From: a virus
Virus record (IMG/VR): IMGVR_UViG_3300032093_000017
Reading direction: 5' to 3' (one strand)
DNA: 64,000 nucleotides
The translations under genes and the position numbers were made by a program. This document shows, one piece after another, positions 37,226 through 46,939 of this stretch. The stretch's first letter is position 1. Each line of letters starts with the position of its first letter. Under the pieces are notes generated by a model. It had not been told where the DNA came from. It saw nothing but the letters and a program-made list of their open reading frames with translations, and ran no database searches.

Positions 37226-37644
37226 CAAGTAAATTTGAAAATATAGACGAAGCATTAGAAATAGAAGCAACTTCTGTATCAAAAGAAATTGTAAAAAAAT
37301 CAAAAGAAGCAATAGCAAGACCAATCTCTGGAGAAGAAAGTGATAAGGATTATGAATACACACGAGGAAATTTGTATTCATTGATTGAAAAGGGTCAAGA
37401 AGCAATTGATAGTATTATGGATTTAGCACAACAAAGTGATAGTCCAAGAGCATATGAAGTTGCAGGTCAATTAATTAAAAATGTTGGTGATGTGACTGAT
37501 AAGTTAATTGATTTGCAGCATAAAATGAAAAAACTTAAAGAAGAAGATGCTAGAGGTCCTTCTACCGTTAATAACTCTGTTTTTATTGGTTCCACTGCGG
37601 ATCTCCAAAAATTACTCAAACAAGGATTTGCCGACAATAAATAG
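37222..37644 (+). CDS. gp16: terminase small subunit gp16
   Basis: DYEYTRGNLY, SPRAYEVAGQL, FIGSTADLQK. Confidence 0.92.
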   Translation: MTSKFENIDEALEIEATSVSKEIVKKSKEAIARPISGEESDKDYEYTRGNLYSLIEKGQEAIDSIMDLAQQSDSPRAYEVAGQLIKNVGDVTDKLIDLQHKMKKLKEEDARGPSTVNNSVFIGSTADLQKLLKQGFADNK

Positions 37645-37654
37645 TTCAAAAACT

Positions 37655-38833
37655 ATGAAAACTTTTTCACAATTTCTTTTAGAAGCAACTGACCCAAAGG
37701 GACCCATTAAGAAATATATGTCCTTAGAAGAGATTGCGAAAAAGCATAAAATCTCAATGAAAACTTTAAGTTCCCAATTAGAGATGGGAATTAAAGTAGA
37801 AAGTGAACATACTGGAAGCAAAAGAATGGCAAAAATGATTGCCCTTCAACACTTAGAAGAACTGCCCGATTATTATACAAGATTGAAGAAAGCAGAAAAA
37901 ATTAAAGAAGAAACTGCATCTGGTGATGAAACTCTTGGGGATTGGTTTAGGAAATCCGACGCAATAGACCCCAAAACTGGAAGAAAAGTTCCGGGGTGGC
38001 GTCAGATTGGTGGACCATTTGCTGGTGCTCCTTGTGCTCGTCAACCTGGACAAACTTCTACTCCAAAATGCGGAAGTTCCAAGATGGCAGCAAACTTATC
38101 AGATGAAGAAGAGGATAAAGCATTTAGAAGAAAAAATAAAAAAGATCCAAATCAACCACAAAAATCTGGTTCTGCAAAACCAACTAATGTTGCAACAGAA
38201 GAAACTATTATTGAGAAAAAAGATGCTTGCTACCATAAAGTAAAATCTAGATATAGAGTTTGGCCTTCTGCTTATGCTTCTGGTGCTTTGGTTAAGTGCC
38301 GTAAGGTTGGTGCAGATAGTTGGGGAACAAAAACAGAAAGTACTGATGCTCTTGCATATGATTGGGATGGACCAATATATCAAGGGGAAAAGAGATATTG
38401 TCCCAACTGCCAAAAGATGGAATATATGAAAGAGTGCAAATATGGTCCAAAGTATTGGTTGTTATATTCTTCTGCAGTTGAACCGACATTTCCCACGATT
38501 CAAATTTATAATAAAAAATATGACCCAAATAGACCCCATCCAGCAAATGAGGAAGTAAAATACAATTACTCTGACAATAAAATAAAAAATATCCGAGAAA
38601 TATATACTAGAATACAATCAAGAGGTTCAACTTATACTATAATTTTTAATTGGAGAGGAAGATCTCTTTCATCTCAAATGTTTTTCCCCCAATTCACTAG
38701 ACCATCAAAACCACAGGTGACTTATGAACTGAGAAAAATATACCCAGGTGCTATTGTTTTAACTTTCAACCCTGCACCAAAAGACCCAACAAAACCTTTA
38801 TTATTTACAGGAGAATTAGATGGATCCAGATAA
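37655..38833 (+). CDS. multi-domain putative internal head protein
   Basis: Start reassigned to MKTFSQFLLEA after the AATAAATA late promoter (37636); modular basic/Cys-containing segments. Confidence 0.7.
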   Translation: MKTFSQFLLEATDPKGPIKKYMSLEEIAKKHKISMKTLSSQLEMGIKVESEHTGSKRMAKMIALQHLEELPDYYTRLKKAEKIKEETASGDETLGDWFRKSDAIDPKTGRKVPGWRQIGGPFAGAPCARQPGQTSTPKCGSSKMAANLSDEEEDKAFRRKNKKDPNQPQKSGSAKPTNVATEETIIEKKDACYHKVKSRYRVWPSAYASGALVKCRKVGADSWGTKTESTDALAYDWDGPIYQGEKRYCPNCQKMEYMKECKYGPKYWLLYSSAVEPTFPTIQIYNKKYDPNRPHPANEEVKYNYSDNKIKNIREIYTRIQSRGSTYTIIFNWRGRSLSSQMFFPQFTRPSKPQVTYELRKIYPGAIVLTFNPAPKDPTKPLLFTGELDGSR

Positions 38834-39008
38834 AATTATTCTTGATTGTTTATCTAAAAATTTTGAATATGAAAGGATTTCAAGAGAATTAGATACTTGC
38901 GAAAATATAGAACAAGTAAAAGATATAGCAAAATCATTTGTTAAATTATATTTGAAGCAACAAGAAGTTATGACACAAATTGGTATAATTGATGGAAAAA
39001 CATTATAA
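38820..39008 (+). CDS. small helical protein, possibly NblA-like
   Basis: 62 aa, two predicted amphipathic helices; weak resemblance to NblA; overlaps both neighbours. Confidence 0.6.
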   Translation: MDPDKIILDCLSKNFEYERISRELDTCENIEQVKDIAKSFVKLYLKQQEVMTQIGIIDGKTL

Positions 39009-40638
39009 GGGAAATCCCAATCTAAAAGCAGAAAATGTTCAAATTGAATTTACGACAGAACAAATTCAAGAATACTTAAAATGCAAAAGTGACCCAATTC
39101 ATTTTGCAAAAAATTATGTAAGAATTGTCTCTCTTGATCACGGATTAGTTCCGTTTGATATGTATGATTTTCAAGAAGAATTGATTACAAACTTTCACGA
39201 GAATAGATTTAATATTGCAAAATTACCAAGGCAAACAGGTAAATCTACGACTGTTGTTTCATATTTGTTGCATTATGCTCTCTTCAATGACAACATAAGA
39301 ATCGCAATTCTAGCAAACAAAGCAGAAACTGCAAGAGAACTTTTAGGTAGATTGCAATTATCTTATGAAAATTTACCAAAGTGGTTGCAGCAGGGTGTTG
39401 GTTCTTGGAATAAAGGTTCGTTGGAACTTGAAAATGGTTCCAAAATTGTAGCAGCATCTACCTCATCTTCTGCCGTCCGAGGAAACTCTTTTAATATTAT
39501 TTTCTTGGACGAATTTGCATTCATTCCAAATCATATTGCAGAGCAGTTCTTCTCTTCTGTGTATCCTACTATTTCTTCGGGACAGAGTACAAAGGTTATT
39601 ATCATCTCAACTCCAAATGGGATGAATATGTTTTATAAACTTTGGCACGATGCAGAAAGAGGAAAGAATGGTTATGTTCCACTAGAAGTCCATTGGTCTG
39701 CGGTGCCTGGAAGAGATGCAGAGTGGAAACGGCAAACAATTGCGAATACTTCCGAAAGACAATTCACACAAGAGTTTGAGTGCGAATTTTTGGGGTCTGT
39801 TGATACTTTGATTACTCCATCAAAACTTAGAATGATGGTTTATGATGATCCATTAACCAGAAATAAAGGATTGGATGTTTATGAAGAACCACAAGAAAAA
39901 AATACTTATTTAATGACTGTAGATGTTTCTCGTGGAATGAGTAATGACTATTCTGCATTTATTGTATTTGATATTAGTCAATTCCCATATAAGGTAGTCG
40001 CAAAATATAGAAATAATGAAATTAAACCTATGCTTTTTCCAAATATCATTCACGAAGTCGCAAAAGCTTATAATAAAGCATTTGTCCTCACTGAAGTAAA
40101 TGATATCGGGGAACAGGTATCAAGTATTTTGCATTTTGATTTAGAATATGACAATATTTTGATGTGCTCTATGAGAGGTCGTGCAGGTCAATTGGTTGGT
40201 CAAGGATTTTCCGGAAAGAAAACTCAATTGGGAATTAAAATGTCCAAAACCGTCAAAAAAGTTGGATGTTCAAACTTAAAAACAATCATTGAAGATGATA
40301 AATTATTAATAAAAGATTATGATATTATTAGTGAATTGACAACTTTTATTCAAAAAAGTCAATCTTTTGAGGCAGAAGAAGGTTGCAATGATGACCTTGC
40401 GATGTGTCTTGTAATTTTTGCTTGGTTGGTCGTTCAGGACTATTTTAAAGAGATGACTGACAACGATGTTCGTAAAAGAATTTACGAAGATCAAAGGGAT
40501 CAAATAGAACAAGATATGGCACCATTTGGATTTTTATCAGATGGATTAAGTGAAGAAACTTCTTTTGTTGATGAAGATGGAGATAGATGGCATTTGGACG
40601 AATATGGAGATAGATCATATATGTGGGAATACAGATAA
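38989..40638 (+). CDS. gp17: terminase large subunit gp17
   Basis: PRQTGKST Walker A, IIFLDEFAF Walker B, VDVSRG and DDLAM nuclease motifs. Confidence 0.97.
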   Translation: MMEKHYKGNPNLKAENVQIEFTTEQIQEYLKCKSDPIHFAKNYVRIVSLDHGLVPFDMYDFQEELITNFHENRFNIAKLPRQTGKSTTVVSYLLHYALFNDNIRIAILANKAETARELLGRLQLSYENLPKWLQQGVGSWNKGSLELENGSKIVAASTSSSAVRGNSFNIIFLDEFAFIPNHIAEQFFSSVYPTISSGQSTKVIIISTPNGMNMFYKLWHDAERGKNGYVPLEVHWSAVPGRDAEWKRQTIANTSERQFTQEFECEFLGSVDTLITPSKLRMMVYDDPLTRNKGLDVYEEPQEKNTYLMTVDVSRGMSNDYSAFIVFDISQFPYKVVAKYRNNEIKPMLFPNIIHEVAKAYNKAFVLTEVNDIGEQVSSILHFDLEYDNILMCSMRGRAGQLVGQGFSGKKTQLGIKMSKTVKKVGCSNLKTIIEDDKLLIKDYDIISELTTFIQKSQSFEAEEGCNDDLAMCLVIFAWLVVQDYFKEMTDNDVRKRIYEDQRDQIEQDMAPFGFLSDGLSEETSFVDEDGDRWHLDEYGDRSYMWEYR

Positions 40639-40869
40639 ATGAATATAAGTGACCAATTTGAATTAGAGCACTTATTTTTAACAGAGAGAAAATGCAGAGT
40701 ATGTAAAGAAATAAAAGATTTAATTGATGGTTTTTATTTAACTCGCAAAGGAAGGGGGGACATACCGTCAGCATATTCATATGAATGTAAAAATTGTACA
40801 GTAAAAAGAATTATACAAAGTAGGAAAAAAATTAGAAATATACCAAATTGGGAATATCCAGATTGGTAA
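40639..40869 (+). CDS. small zinc-ribbon protein
   Basis: CRVC...ECKNC; C-terminal WEYPDW. Confidence 0.7.
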   Translation: MNISDQFELEHLFLTERKCRVCKEIKDLIDGFYLTRKGRGDIPSAYSYECKNCTVKRIIQSRKKIRNIPNWEYPDW

Positions 40870-40907
40870 TGTTCACGGGTGGTTTCCCCATTGTAACGTA
40901 TCTAATT

Positions 40908-40915
40908 TATAAATA
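40908..40915 (+). promoter_or_regulatory. T4 late promoter (gp55-dependent)
   Basis: Perfect TATAAATA upstream of gp18. Confidence 0.8.
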
Positions 40916-40953
40916 CTTCTAGGCAAAATGAACTTCTTAACGAGGGGAAACAA

Positions 40954-43350
40954 ATGGCGTTAAATTTAGTATCACCTGGCGTCAAAATTAGAGAAGTTGA
41001 CTTAACTGTTGGTGGAATTACAGCTGGGTCAAATCAGGTGGGTGCTATTGCCGGACCTTTCCAAAAAGGTCCTGTCAATCAACCTATTTTAATTGAAACT
41101 GAAAATGATTTACTTAATGTTTTTGGAAAACCGATTTCTTCAGATTCTCAATATGAATATTGGTTGAGTGCATCATCTTTTCTTTCTTATGGTGGAATTC
41201 TAAGAGTTGTAAGATGTGATGGTGACAATTTAAAAACAGCAAATGCTGGGGTTTCATCAGCATCAGCAAATTTAAAAATTGAATCATTAGAAGATTATGA
41301 TACTAACCATACTTCGGACACTCATTGGTATTGGGCATCAAGAAATCCAGGTTCTTGGGCAAACAAATTAAAAGTCTGTATCGTTGATAATCTTGCTGAC
41401 CAAAGGATTTCAATTGCTACTACTGGTCTTGCTGTTGGTTGTGGAGTTAGTGCATCATACACAAGAACTTCTGCTGGTATAGGAACTACTTCATCGGAAA
41501 CTGGAGTTTTAAAAGGAATTATCACACAAGTTAATGTTGGTTCAATAGACGTAAAAATTCTCAGCAAAAATGTTGGTGGAGTTGATAGTGAAGTTTCTTA
41601 TCAACAAGGTGGTACATACGAATTTAAGTCTTCAGATTCCATAGGAATTAATAGTGCAGGAACTCTCGTTAGAGTCAATTCATCAACAGTTACTAATATT
41701 TCTGCTGTAGTTGCAACTGCTTCATCCATTGTTCTTCCTGGTCCTAGTGTTACTGGTTCAACACCATTTGCAAGTGCTGGTTATTCAGTTGGACAAGTTG
41801 TAAGAACAGTTGCAGATAATGGAGTGCAAGTTCCACCTACTGCAATTGTTGGTTTTGGAACCACTAATGTTAATGGTTTGCAACAAGATACTTTACTTTT
41901 AGCAAGTAATTCTCCAGCTTCCAGTGGAACAACAACAATTGGTGTATTTAATGCAACCACAACTATATCTGCCCCTTCAGATTGGTATGATCAACAAACT
42001 CTTGGATTGACAAATTCAACTGTTTATTGGAAAAATATTGCACCAAGACCAGGAACATCTCAATATGCAGCAGAACGAAGTGCAAAAAATGACGAAATCA
42101 ATATTGTTGTTGTAGATGATACTGGAGCAGTCACTAGTTCAGTTGGAAATATTTTAGAAAAATACCAAAGAGTTTCTAAAGCATCTGATGGTAAAATTTC
42201 TCCAAATCAAGCAATTTATTATAAAGATATCATTAGAGAACAATCTCAATATATTTTTGCAGGCATTGCATCAACTGGTGTTAAAACTAAATTCTCTACT
42301 TTATCTGGATATTCTGCAGCAACTGACACTACTTGGGGATTAGAGGCACAAGGAAATACATTCAATTGTGTTGGAGCAAAAACTTACGAATTATCTGGTG
42401 GAGCAGATTATTCCGGTGTAACTAATAATGTTGGTGGTTATTCTGCAAGTTTATCAAATGTAATTACTGCTTATAGAAAATTTACAAATCCAGCAGAATA
42501 CTCTATTGATTATTTAATTAGTGGTCCTTCAGGTGGAGCAACAATTTATGATTCACAAGCAAAGGCAAATGAGTTAATTGCAATTGCAGATTTACGTAAA
42601 GATTGTATTGCAGTTATTTCTCCACATAGAAGTGGAGTGGTTAATGTTTCAAACTCAGAAACTCAAACTAATAATATAATTGAATTTTTTGGTCCATTGA
42701 CATCATCTTCTTATGCTGTATTTGATGGTGGTTACAAATACACTTATGATAGATTCAACGGCACATTTAGATACATCCCTTGTAATGCTGATATTGCTGG
42801 ATTGATGGCAAGAACTTCTAATAATTCTTTCCCTTGGTATTCACCTGCAGGATCAAGCAGAGGAACAATTAATAATGCAACTAAACTTGCATATAATCCA
42901 TCACAAGAACAAAGAGATAGACTATACACAACAAGAATCAATCCAATTATATTCTCCCAAGGTGCTGGAATTATTCTTTTTGGAGATAAAACTGCTTTAT
43001 CTTATGCTTCTGCGTTTGATAGAATTAACGTTCGTCGTCTATTCTTAACCATTGAAAGGGCAATTGAAAGAGCAGCAAGAGCACAACTCTTTGAATTCAA
43101 TGATTTGATTACTAGATCAAACTTTGTTAATATTGTTGAACCATATCTTCGTGACGTAAAAGCAAAAAGAGGTGTTTCTGATTATGTTGTAATTTGCGAT
43201 GAAACTAACAATACTCCAGACATTATTGACTCCAATCAGTTTAAAGCTGACATTTATGTCAAACCAGCAAGAAGTATTAACTTCATTGGACTGACTTTTG
43301 TTGCTACTCGCACTGGAGTTAGTTTTGAAGAAGTTATCGGTACTGTTTAA
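40954..43350 (+). CDS. gp18: tail sheath protein gp18
   Basis: LVSPGVKIREVDLT, PWYSPAG, FDRINVRRLF, KPARSINFI. Confidence 0.97.
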   Translation: MALNLVSPGVKIREVDLTVGGITAGSNQVGAIAGPFQKGPVNQPILIETENDLLNVFGKPISSDSQYEYWLSASSFLSYGGILRVVRCDGDNLKTANAGVSSASANLKIESLEDYDTNHTSDTHWYWASRNPGSWANKLKVCIVDNLADQRISIATTGLAVGCGVSASYTRTSAGIGTTSSETGVLKGIITQVNVGSIDVKILSKNVGGVDSEVSYQQGGTYEFKSSDSIGINSAGTLVRVNSSTVTNISAVVATASSIVLPGPSVTGSTPFASAGYSVGQVVRTVADNGVQVPPTAIVGFGTTNVNGLQQDTLLLASNSPASSGTTTIGVFNATTTISAPSDWYDQQTLGLTNSTVYWKNIAPRPGTSQYAAERSAKNDEINIVVVDDTGAVTSSVGNILEKYQRVSKASDGKISPNQAIYYKDIIREQSQYIFAGIASTGVKTKFSTLSGYSAATDTTWGLEAQGNTFNCVGAKTYELSGGADYSGVTNNVGGYSASLSNVITAYRKFTNPAEYSIDYLISGPSGGATIYDSQAKANELIAIADLRKDCIAVISPHRSGVVNVSNSETQTNNIIEFFGPLTSSSYAVFDGGYKYTYDRFNGTFRYIPCNADIAGLMARTSNNSFPWYSPAGSSRGTINNATKLAYNPSQEQRDRLYTTRINPIIFSQGAGIILFGDKTALSYASAFDRINVRRLFLTIERAIERAARAQLFEFNDLITRSNFVNIVEPYLRDVKAKRGVSDYVVICDETNNTPDIIDSNQFKADIYVKPARSINFIGLTFVATRTGVSFEEVIGTV

Positions 43351-43369
43351 TTAAAAGAGGTAAAAACCA

Positions 43370-44047
43370 ATGGCAAATACAGAAAACCTTCTCCCATCAG
43401 TAAGAACTTTAAATGATTTTAAGAGCAGACTAACTGGAGGCGGAGCAAGACCTAATCTTTTTGAATGTGTAATTAATTTTCCAAGTGCTGCCCTTCCTAG
43501 TAATATTGACGCAAATGCATTACAAGAAAAAACTAGATTTCTTGTAAAGGCAGCAAATTTACCTGCTTCAACTTTGAGTGTAATTGATATTCCATTCAGA
43601 GGAAGAAATTTAAAAATTGCTGGTGACAGAACATTTGATCCTTGGACTATTACAGTAATAAATGACACTGATTTTGTAATCAGAAATGCATTTGAAAGAT
43701 GGATGAATTTTATCAACAAACACGAAGATAATTCTGGACAAATCAATCCAGTTGATTATCAAACAAATATGAAAGTACATCAACTTGGAAGAGCAATAGT
43801 TGGAAAAGATATGTCTAGTAATACAAAAATTCCGTATTTAAAGTCATATGAATTTTATGGGACATTCCCAACTTCAATTAGTGCAATTGATTTGTCTTAT
43901 GATTCAACAGATGTAATTCAAGAATTTACTGTAGATTTACAGGTTCAGTGGTGGGATGCCCTTAACGGAGAAACTCAAGATAGTATTCTTGGATCGGGAG
44001 ATTTGGAAGAATTTAACGAATCTTCTGTAAGCAAAGGGATTTTTTGA
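43370..44047 (+). CDS. gp19: tail tube protein gp19
   Basis: GGARPNLF, FRGRNLKIAGDRTFDPWTITV. Confidence 0.95.
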   Translation: MANTENLLPSVRTLNDFKSRLTGGGARPNLFECVINFPSAALPSNIDANALQEKTRFLVKAANLPASTLSVIDIPFRGRNLKIAGDRTFDPWTITVINDTDFVIRNAFERWMNFINKHEDNSGQINPVDYQTNMKVHQLGRAIVGKDMSSNTKIPYLKSYEFYGTFPTSISAIDLSYDSTDVIQEFTVDLQVQWWDALNGETQDSILGSGDLEEFNESSVSKGIF

Positions 44048-44083
44048 ACAGTCTAAATAATAGATATAGACTCAATTATTACT

Positions 44084-45754
44084 ATGGCTAAATTATTTGG
44101 ATTTAAAATAAAGGATACGGGAGACAATAATTCTAAAGGGATTATGTCTCCCATTCCTCGTAATGAGGAAGATAAATCCGATTTTTATATTTCTAGTGGT
44201 TTTTATGGACAATATGTAGATATTGAAGGTGTTTATAAGACTGAAGCAGATTTGATTAGAAGATATCGTGAGATGTCTTTGCATCCAGAATGTGATAGTG
44301 CAATTGAAGATATTGTGAATGAAGCAATAGTTTCCGACCTTAATGATTCTCCTGTAGAAATAGAACTTTCAAATCTTCCAGCATCTGATAAATTAAAAGA
44401 TATTATCAGAGAAGAATTTAAGTATATTAAAGAGATTATGGACTTTGATAAAAAGTGCCACGAAATCTTTAGAAATTGGTATGTTGATGGAAGAATTTAT
44501 TATCATAAAGTGATTGATTTAAAAAAACCAAATGAAGGCATAAAAGAAATTAGATATGTTGATGCCCTTAAAATTAAATATGTAAGGAAATTAAAAAAAG
44601 GGAATAATGATGCTTTTGGTGTTGATTATAGGCAATTTGTAAATGGAAAAAATAAAATTGATTTTTCAACACAAGATCTTGAAGAGTACTATATTTACGA
44701 TCCAAATGTTGGGTCTTCTCAAAATGCAACATATAAGTCATCAGATGTTAATAGTGTAAAAATCGCAAAAGATGCTATTACTTACATAACTTCTGGTTTA
44801 GTTGATCGTAACAAACAAACCGTATTATCATTTTTACATAAAGCAATCAAATCACTCAATCAATTAAGAATGATTGAAGATAGTCTTGTAATTTATAGAC
44901 TATCTCGTGCTCCAGAAAGAAGAATTTTTTATATTGATGTTGGCAATCTTCCAAAAATCAAGGCAGAGCAATATCTCCGTGATGTGATGAATCGTTATCG
45001 TAACAAGTTAGTATACAATGCAGACACTGGTGAAATTAAAGATGACCGAAAATATATGGCAATGCTTGAAGATTTTTGGCTTCCAAGAAGAGAAGGTGGC
45101 AGAGGAACTGAAATCACAACTCTTCCTGGTGGTCAGAATCTTGGAGAACTTGCTGATATTGAATATTTCCAGAAAAAACTTTATGATTCTTTAGGTGTTC
45201 CCCCAACTCGTCTTGATGCTGGTGGAGGATTTAATCTTGGACGTTCATCAGAAATTCTTAGAGATGAATTAAAATTCACAAGATTTGTCGGAAGACTGAG
45301 AAAAAGATTTTCTCAAATCTTTATTGATATGTTGAAAACTCAGTTAATTCTTAAGAATATTGTAACACCAGAAGATTGGAAAACCTTAAGTGATCACATT
45401 CAATTTGACTATGTTTATGATAATCATTTTTCAGATTTGAAGAAAAATGAATTAATGAACGATAAGTTGGGTGTTGTTGCAGCAATGGAACCATATGTTG
45501 GTCGTTATTTTTCATCACAGTATGTAAGGTCAAAGATACTTGGTCAAACTGATAGTGAAATTTTAGAAATTGACAAGCAAATTAAAAAAGAAATTAAAGA
45601 TGGAATTATTCCTGACCCATCTTTAGCAATGAATCCTATGATGGGTATGCCTCCTGGACAACCATCTTCAAATAATTTTGGTAATATTCCACAAGAAGGT
45701 GGACTCACTGATGCCCAAACAGGAGTTGAATTGGGTAGTCAGGGAGAGATATAA
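44084..45754 (+). CDS. gp20: portal protein gp20
   Basis: IYRLSRAPERRIFYIDVGNLPK, EDFWLPRREGGRGTEI. Confidence 0.97.
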   Translation: MAKLFGFKIKDTGDNNSKGIMSPIPRNEEDKSDFYISSGFYGQYVDIEGVYKTEADLIRRYREMSLHPECDSAIEDIVNEAIVSDLNDSPVEIELSNLPASDKLKDIIREEFKYIKEIMDFDKKCHEIFRNWYVDGRIYYHKVIDLKKPNEGIKEIRYVDALKIKYVRKLKKGNNDAFGVDYRQFVNGKNKIDFSTQDLEEYYIYDPNVGSSQNATYKSSDVNSVKIAKDAITYITSGLVDRNKQTVLSFLHKAIKSLNQLRMIEDSLVIYRLSRAPERRIFYIDVGNLPKIKAEQYLRDVMNRYRNKLVYNADTGEIKDDRKYMAMLEDFWLPRREGGRGTEITTLPGGQNLGELADIEYFQKKLYDSLGVPPTRLDAGGGFNLGRSSEILRDELKFTRFVGRLRKRFSQIFIDMLKTQLILKNIVTPEDWKTLSDHIQFDYVYDNHFSDLKKNELMNDKLGVVAAMEPYVGRYFSSQYVRSKILGQTDSEILEIDKQIKKEIKDGIIPDPSLAMNPMMGMPPGQPSSNNFGNIPQEGGLTDAQTGVELGSQGEI

Positions 45755-45757
45755 ATA
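45750..45757 (+). promoter_or_regulatory. T4 late promoter
   Basis: TATAAATA overlapping the gp20 stop. Confidence 0.75.
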
Positions 45758-45780
45758 AAAATAGTTAATTTTGCATAGTT

Positions 45781-45936
45781 ATGGAAGAATTAGTAGATAT
45801 GATTGCTGGTGAATCATCACCATCAGATGTTTCTGATAAGATTAAAGAAATTCTTTTCTCAAAAGCTTCAGAAAAAATCAATTCGGTAAGACCAGAAGTT
45901 ACCGCAACAATGTTTAATTTAGAAGATGAGGAGTAA
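45781..45936 (+). CDS. small acidic protein, gp67-like prohead core by position
   Basis: MEELVDMIAG...FNLEDEE (51 aa); immediately after portal; missed by ORF track. Confidence 0.65.
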   Translation: MEELVDMIAGESSPSDVSDKIKEILFSKASEKINSVRPEVTATMFNLEDEE

Positions 45937-45942
45937 TAATAA

Positions 45943-46938
45943 GTGAATTTTGAAGATAATTCAAAAGATTTATCTGATTTTTTTAATACTATTAGTTCGG
46001 GAAAACAAAAAAGAAAAAAAGAATTGCAAGAGACTGTAGGAGACTCTGTAAATGATTTTTTTCAAACCATTAGTATTGGCAAAAAAATAGAAAAAGAAAA
46101 AAAGGAGTCTTTAGTTGGGGACTCCTTTGAAACTCTTTTTTTGTCAAAACTTGAAGAAAGTAAAAAAGAAATAAAAAAGAAAAAAATACAAGAACAAAAG
46201 ACTGTAAAGGCATTTGAGGATTGGTTATATTCTGAGACACCAAAACAACAAGAACAAGTAATTGAAGATGTAATTGAAGAATCTTTGGATGAAGTTCTTG
46301 AAGTTTTGGAAGAATATAAAGAAGAACTTGAAAAACCCAAAGAAGACCTGATTGAAAAATCATTAGGTCTTCTTGCTGAACCAAGTGATGTTAAAGTTCA
46401 ACAAGACCCATTAACTCCATTAGACCAAAAGTTCGCAACACTTGACGATTTACAGAAACATTACAAACTGTTTCTTTCTCGTATTCAACAACAACTATCA
46501 ACAGTTGGTGGAGGTGGCGAAACCAGATTAAGATACTTGGATGATATTGTAGGCATCGCAACTAATTCTGGTGCTTATAATAATAAATTTTTACAATGGA
46601 ATTCCACAACAAATCAAGCAGAGTTTGTTGATCCAAATGATGTTGGTGGCACAACAATTGTAAATATCTCTGGTATTACCACTTACTATCAGGCATCGAA
46701 TGTTGATGATTATATTGGTGTAAGTGCAAATGTTCCAGTAACAATTGTATTGCCACAAATTCCTTCTTATGGAAAAAAACTCATCATAAAAGACGAGGGT
46801 AATAAGATTGCTACATACAATATAACAGTCCAGGCAGGTGCTGGAACAAGTGTAGAGAATGATAGTTCAGTTATTATGACTATCAATCATCAAAGTTTTA
46901 CTTATTTTTACAATGGTTCAAATTGGTTTCTAATTTAA
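45943..46938 (+). CDS. hypothetical chimeric protein (charged N-terminus, beta-rich C-terminus)
   Basis: 331-aa ORF; GGGGETRLRYLDD hinge; C-terminal IKDEG...YNGSNWFLI domain. Confidence 0.7.
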   Translation: MNFEDNSKDLSDFFNTISSGKQKRKKELQETVGDSVNDFFQTISIGKKIEKEKKESLVGDSFETLFLSKLEESKKEIKKKKIQEQKTVKAFEDWLYSETPKQQEQVIEDVIEESLDEVLEVLEEYKEELEKPKEDLIEKSLGLLAEPSDVKVQQDPLTPLDQKFATLDDLQKHYKLFLSRIQQQLSTVGGGGETRLRYLDDIVGIATNSGAYNNKFLQWNSTTNQAEFVDPNDVGGTTIVNISGITTYYQASNVDDYIGVSANVPVTIVLPQIPSYGKKLIIKDEGNKIATYNITVQAGAGTSVENDSSVIMTINHQSFTYFYNGSNWFLI

Positions 46939-46939
46939 T

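Noticed and set aside
37547-37654. N-terminal extension of track ORF 37547..38833 (similarly 48849 for gp21, 317, 819)
   Set aside because: Extensions overlap upstream genes; downstream ATGs fit promoters, coupling or family N-termini better
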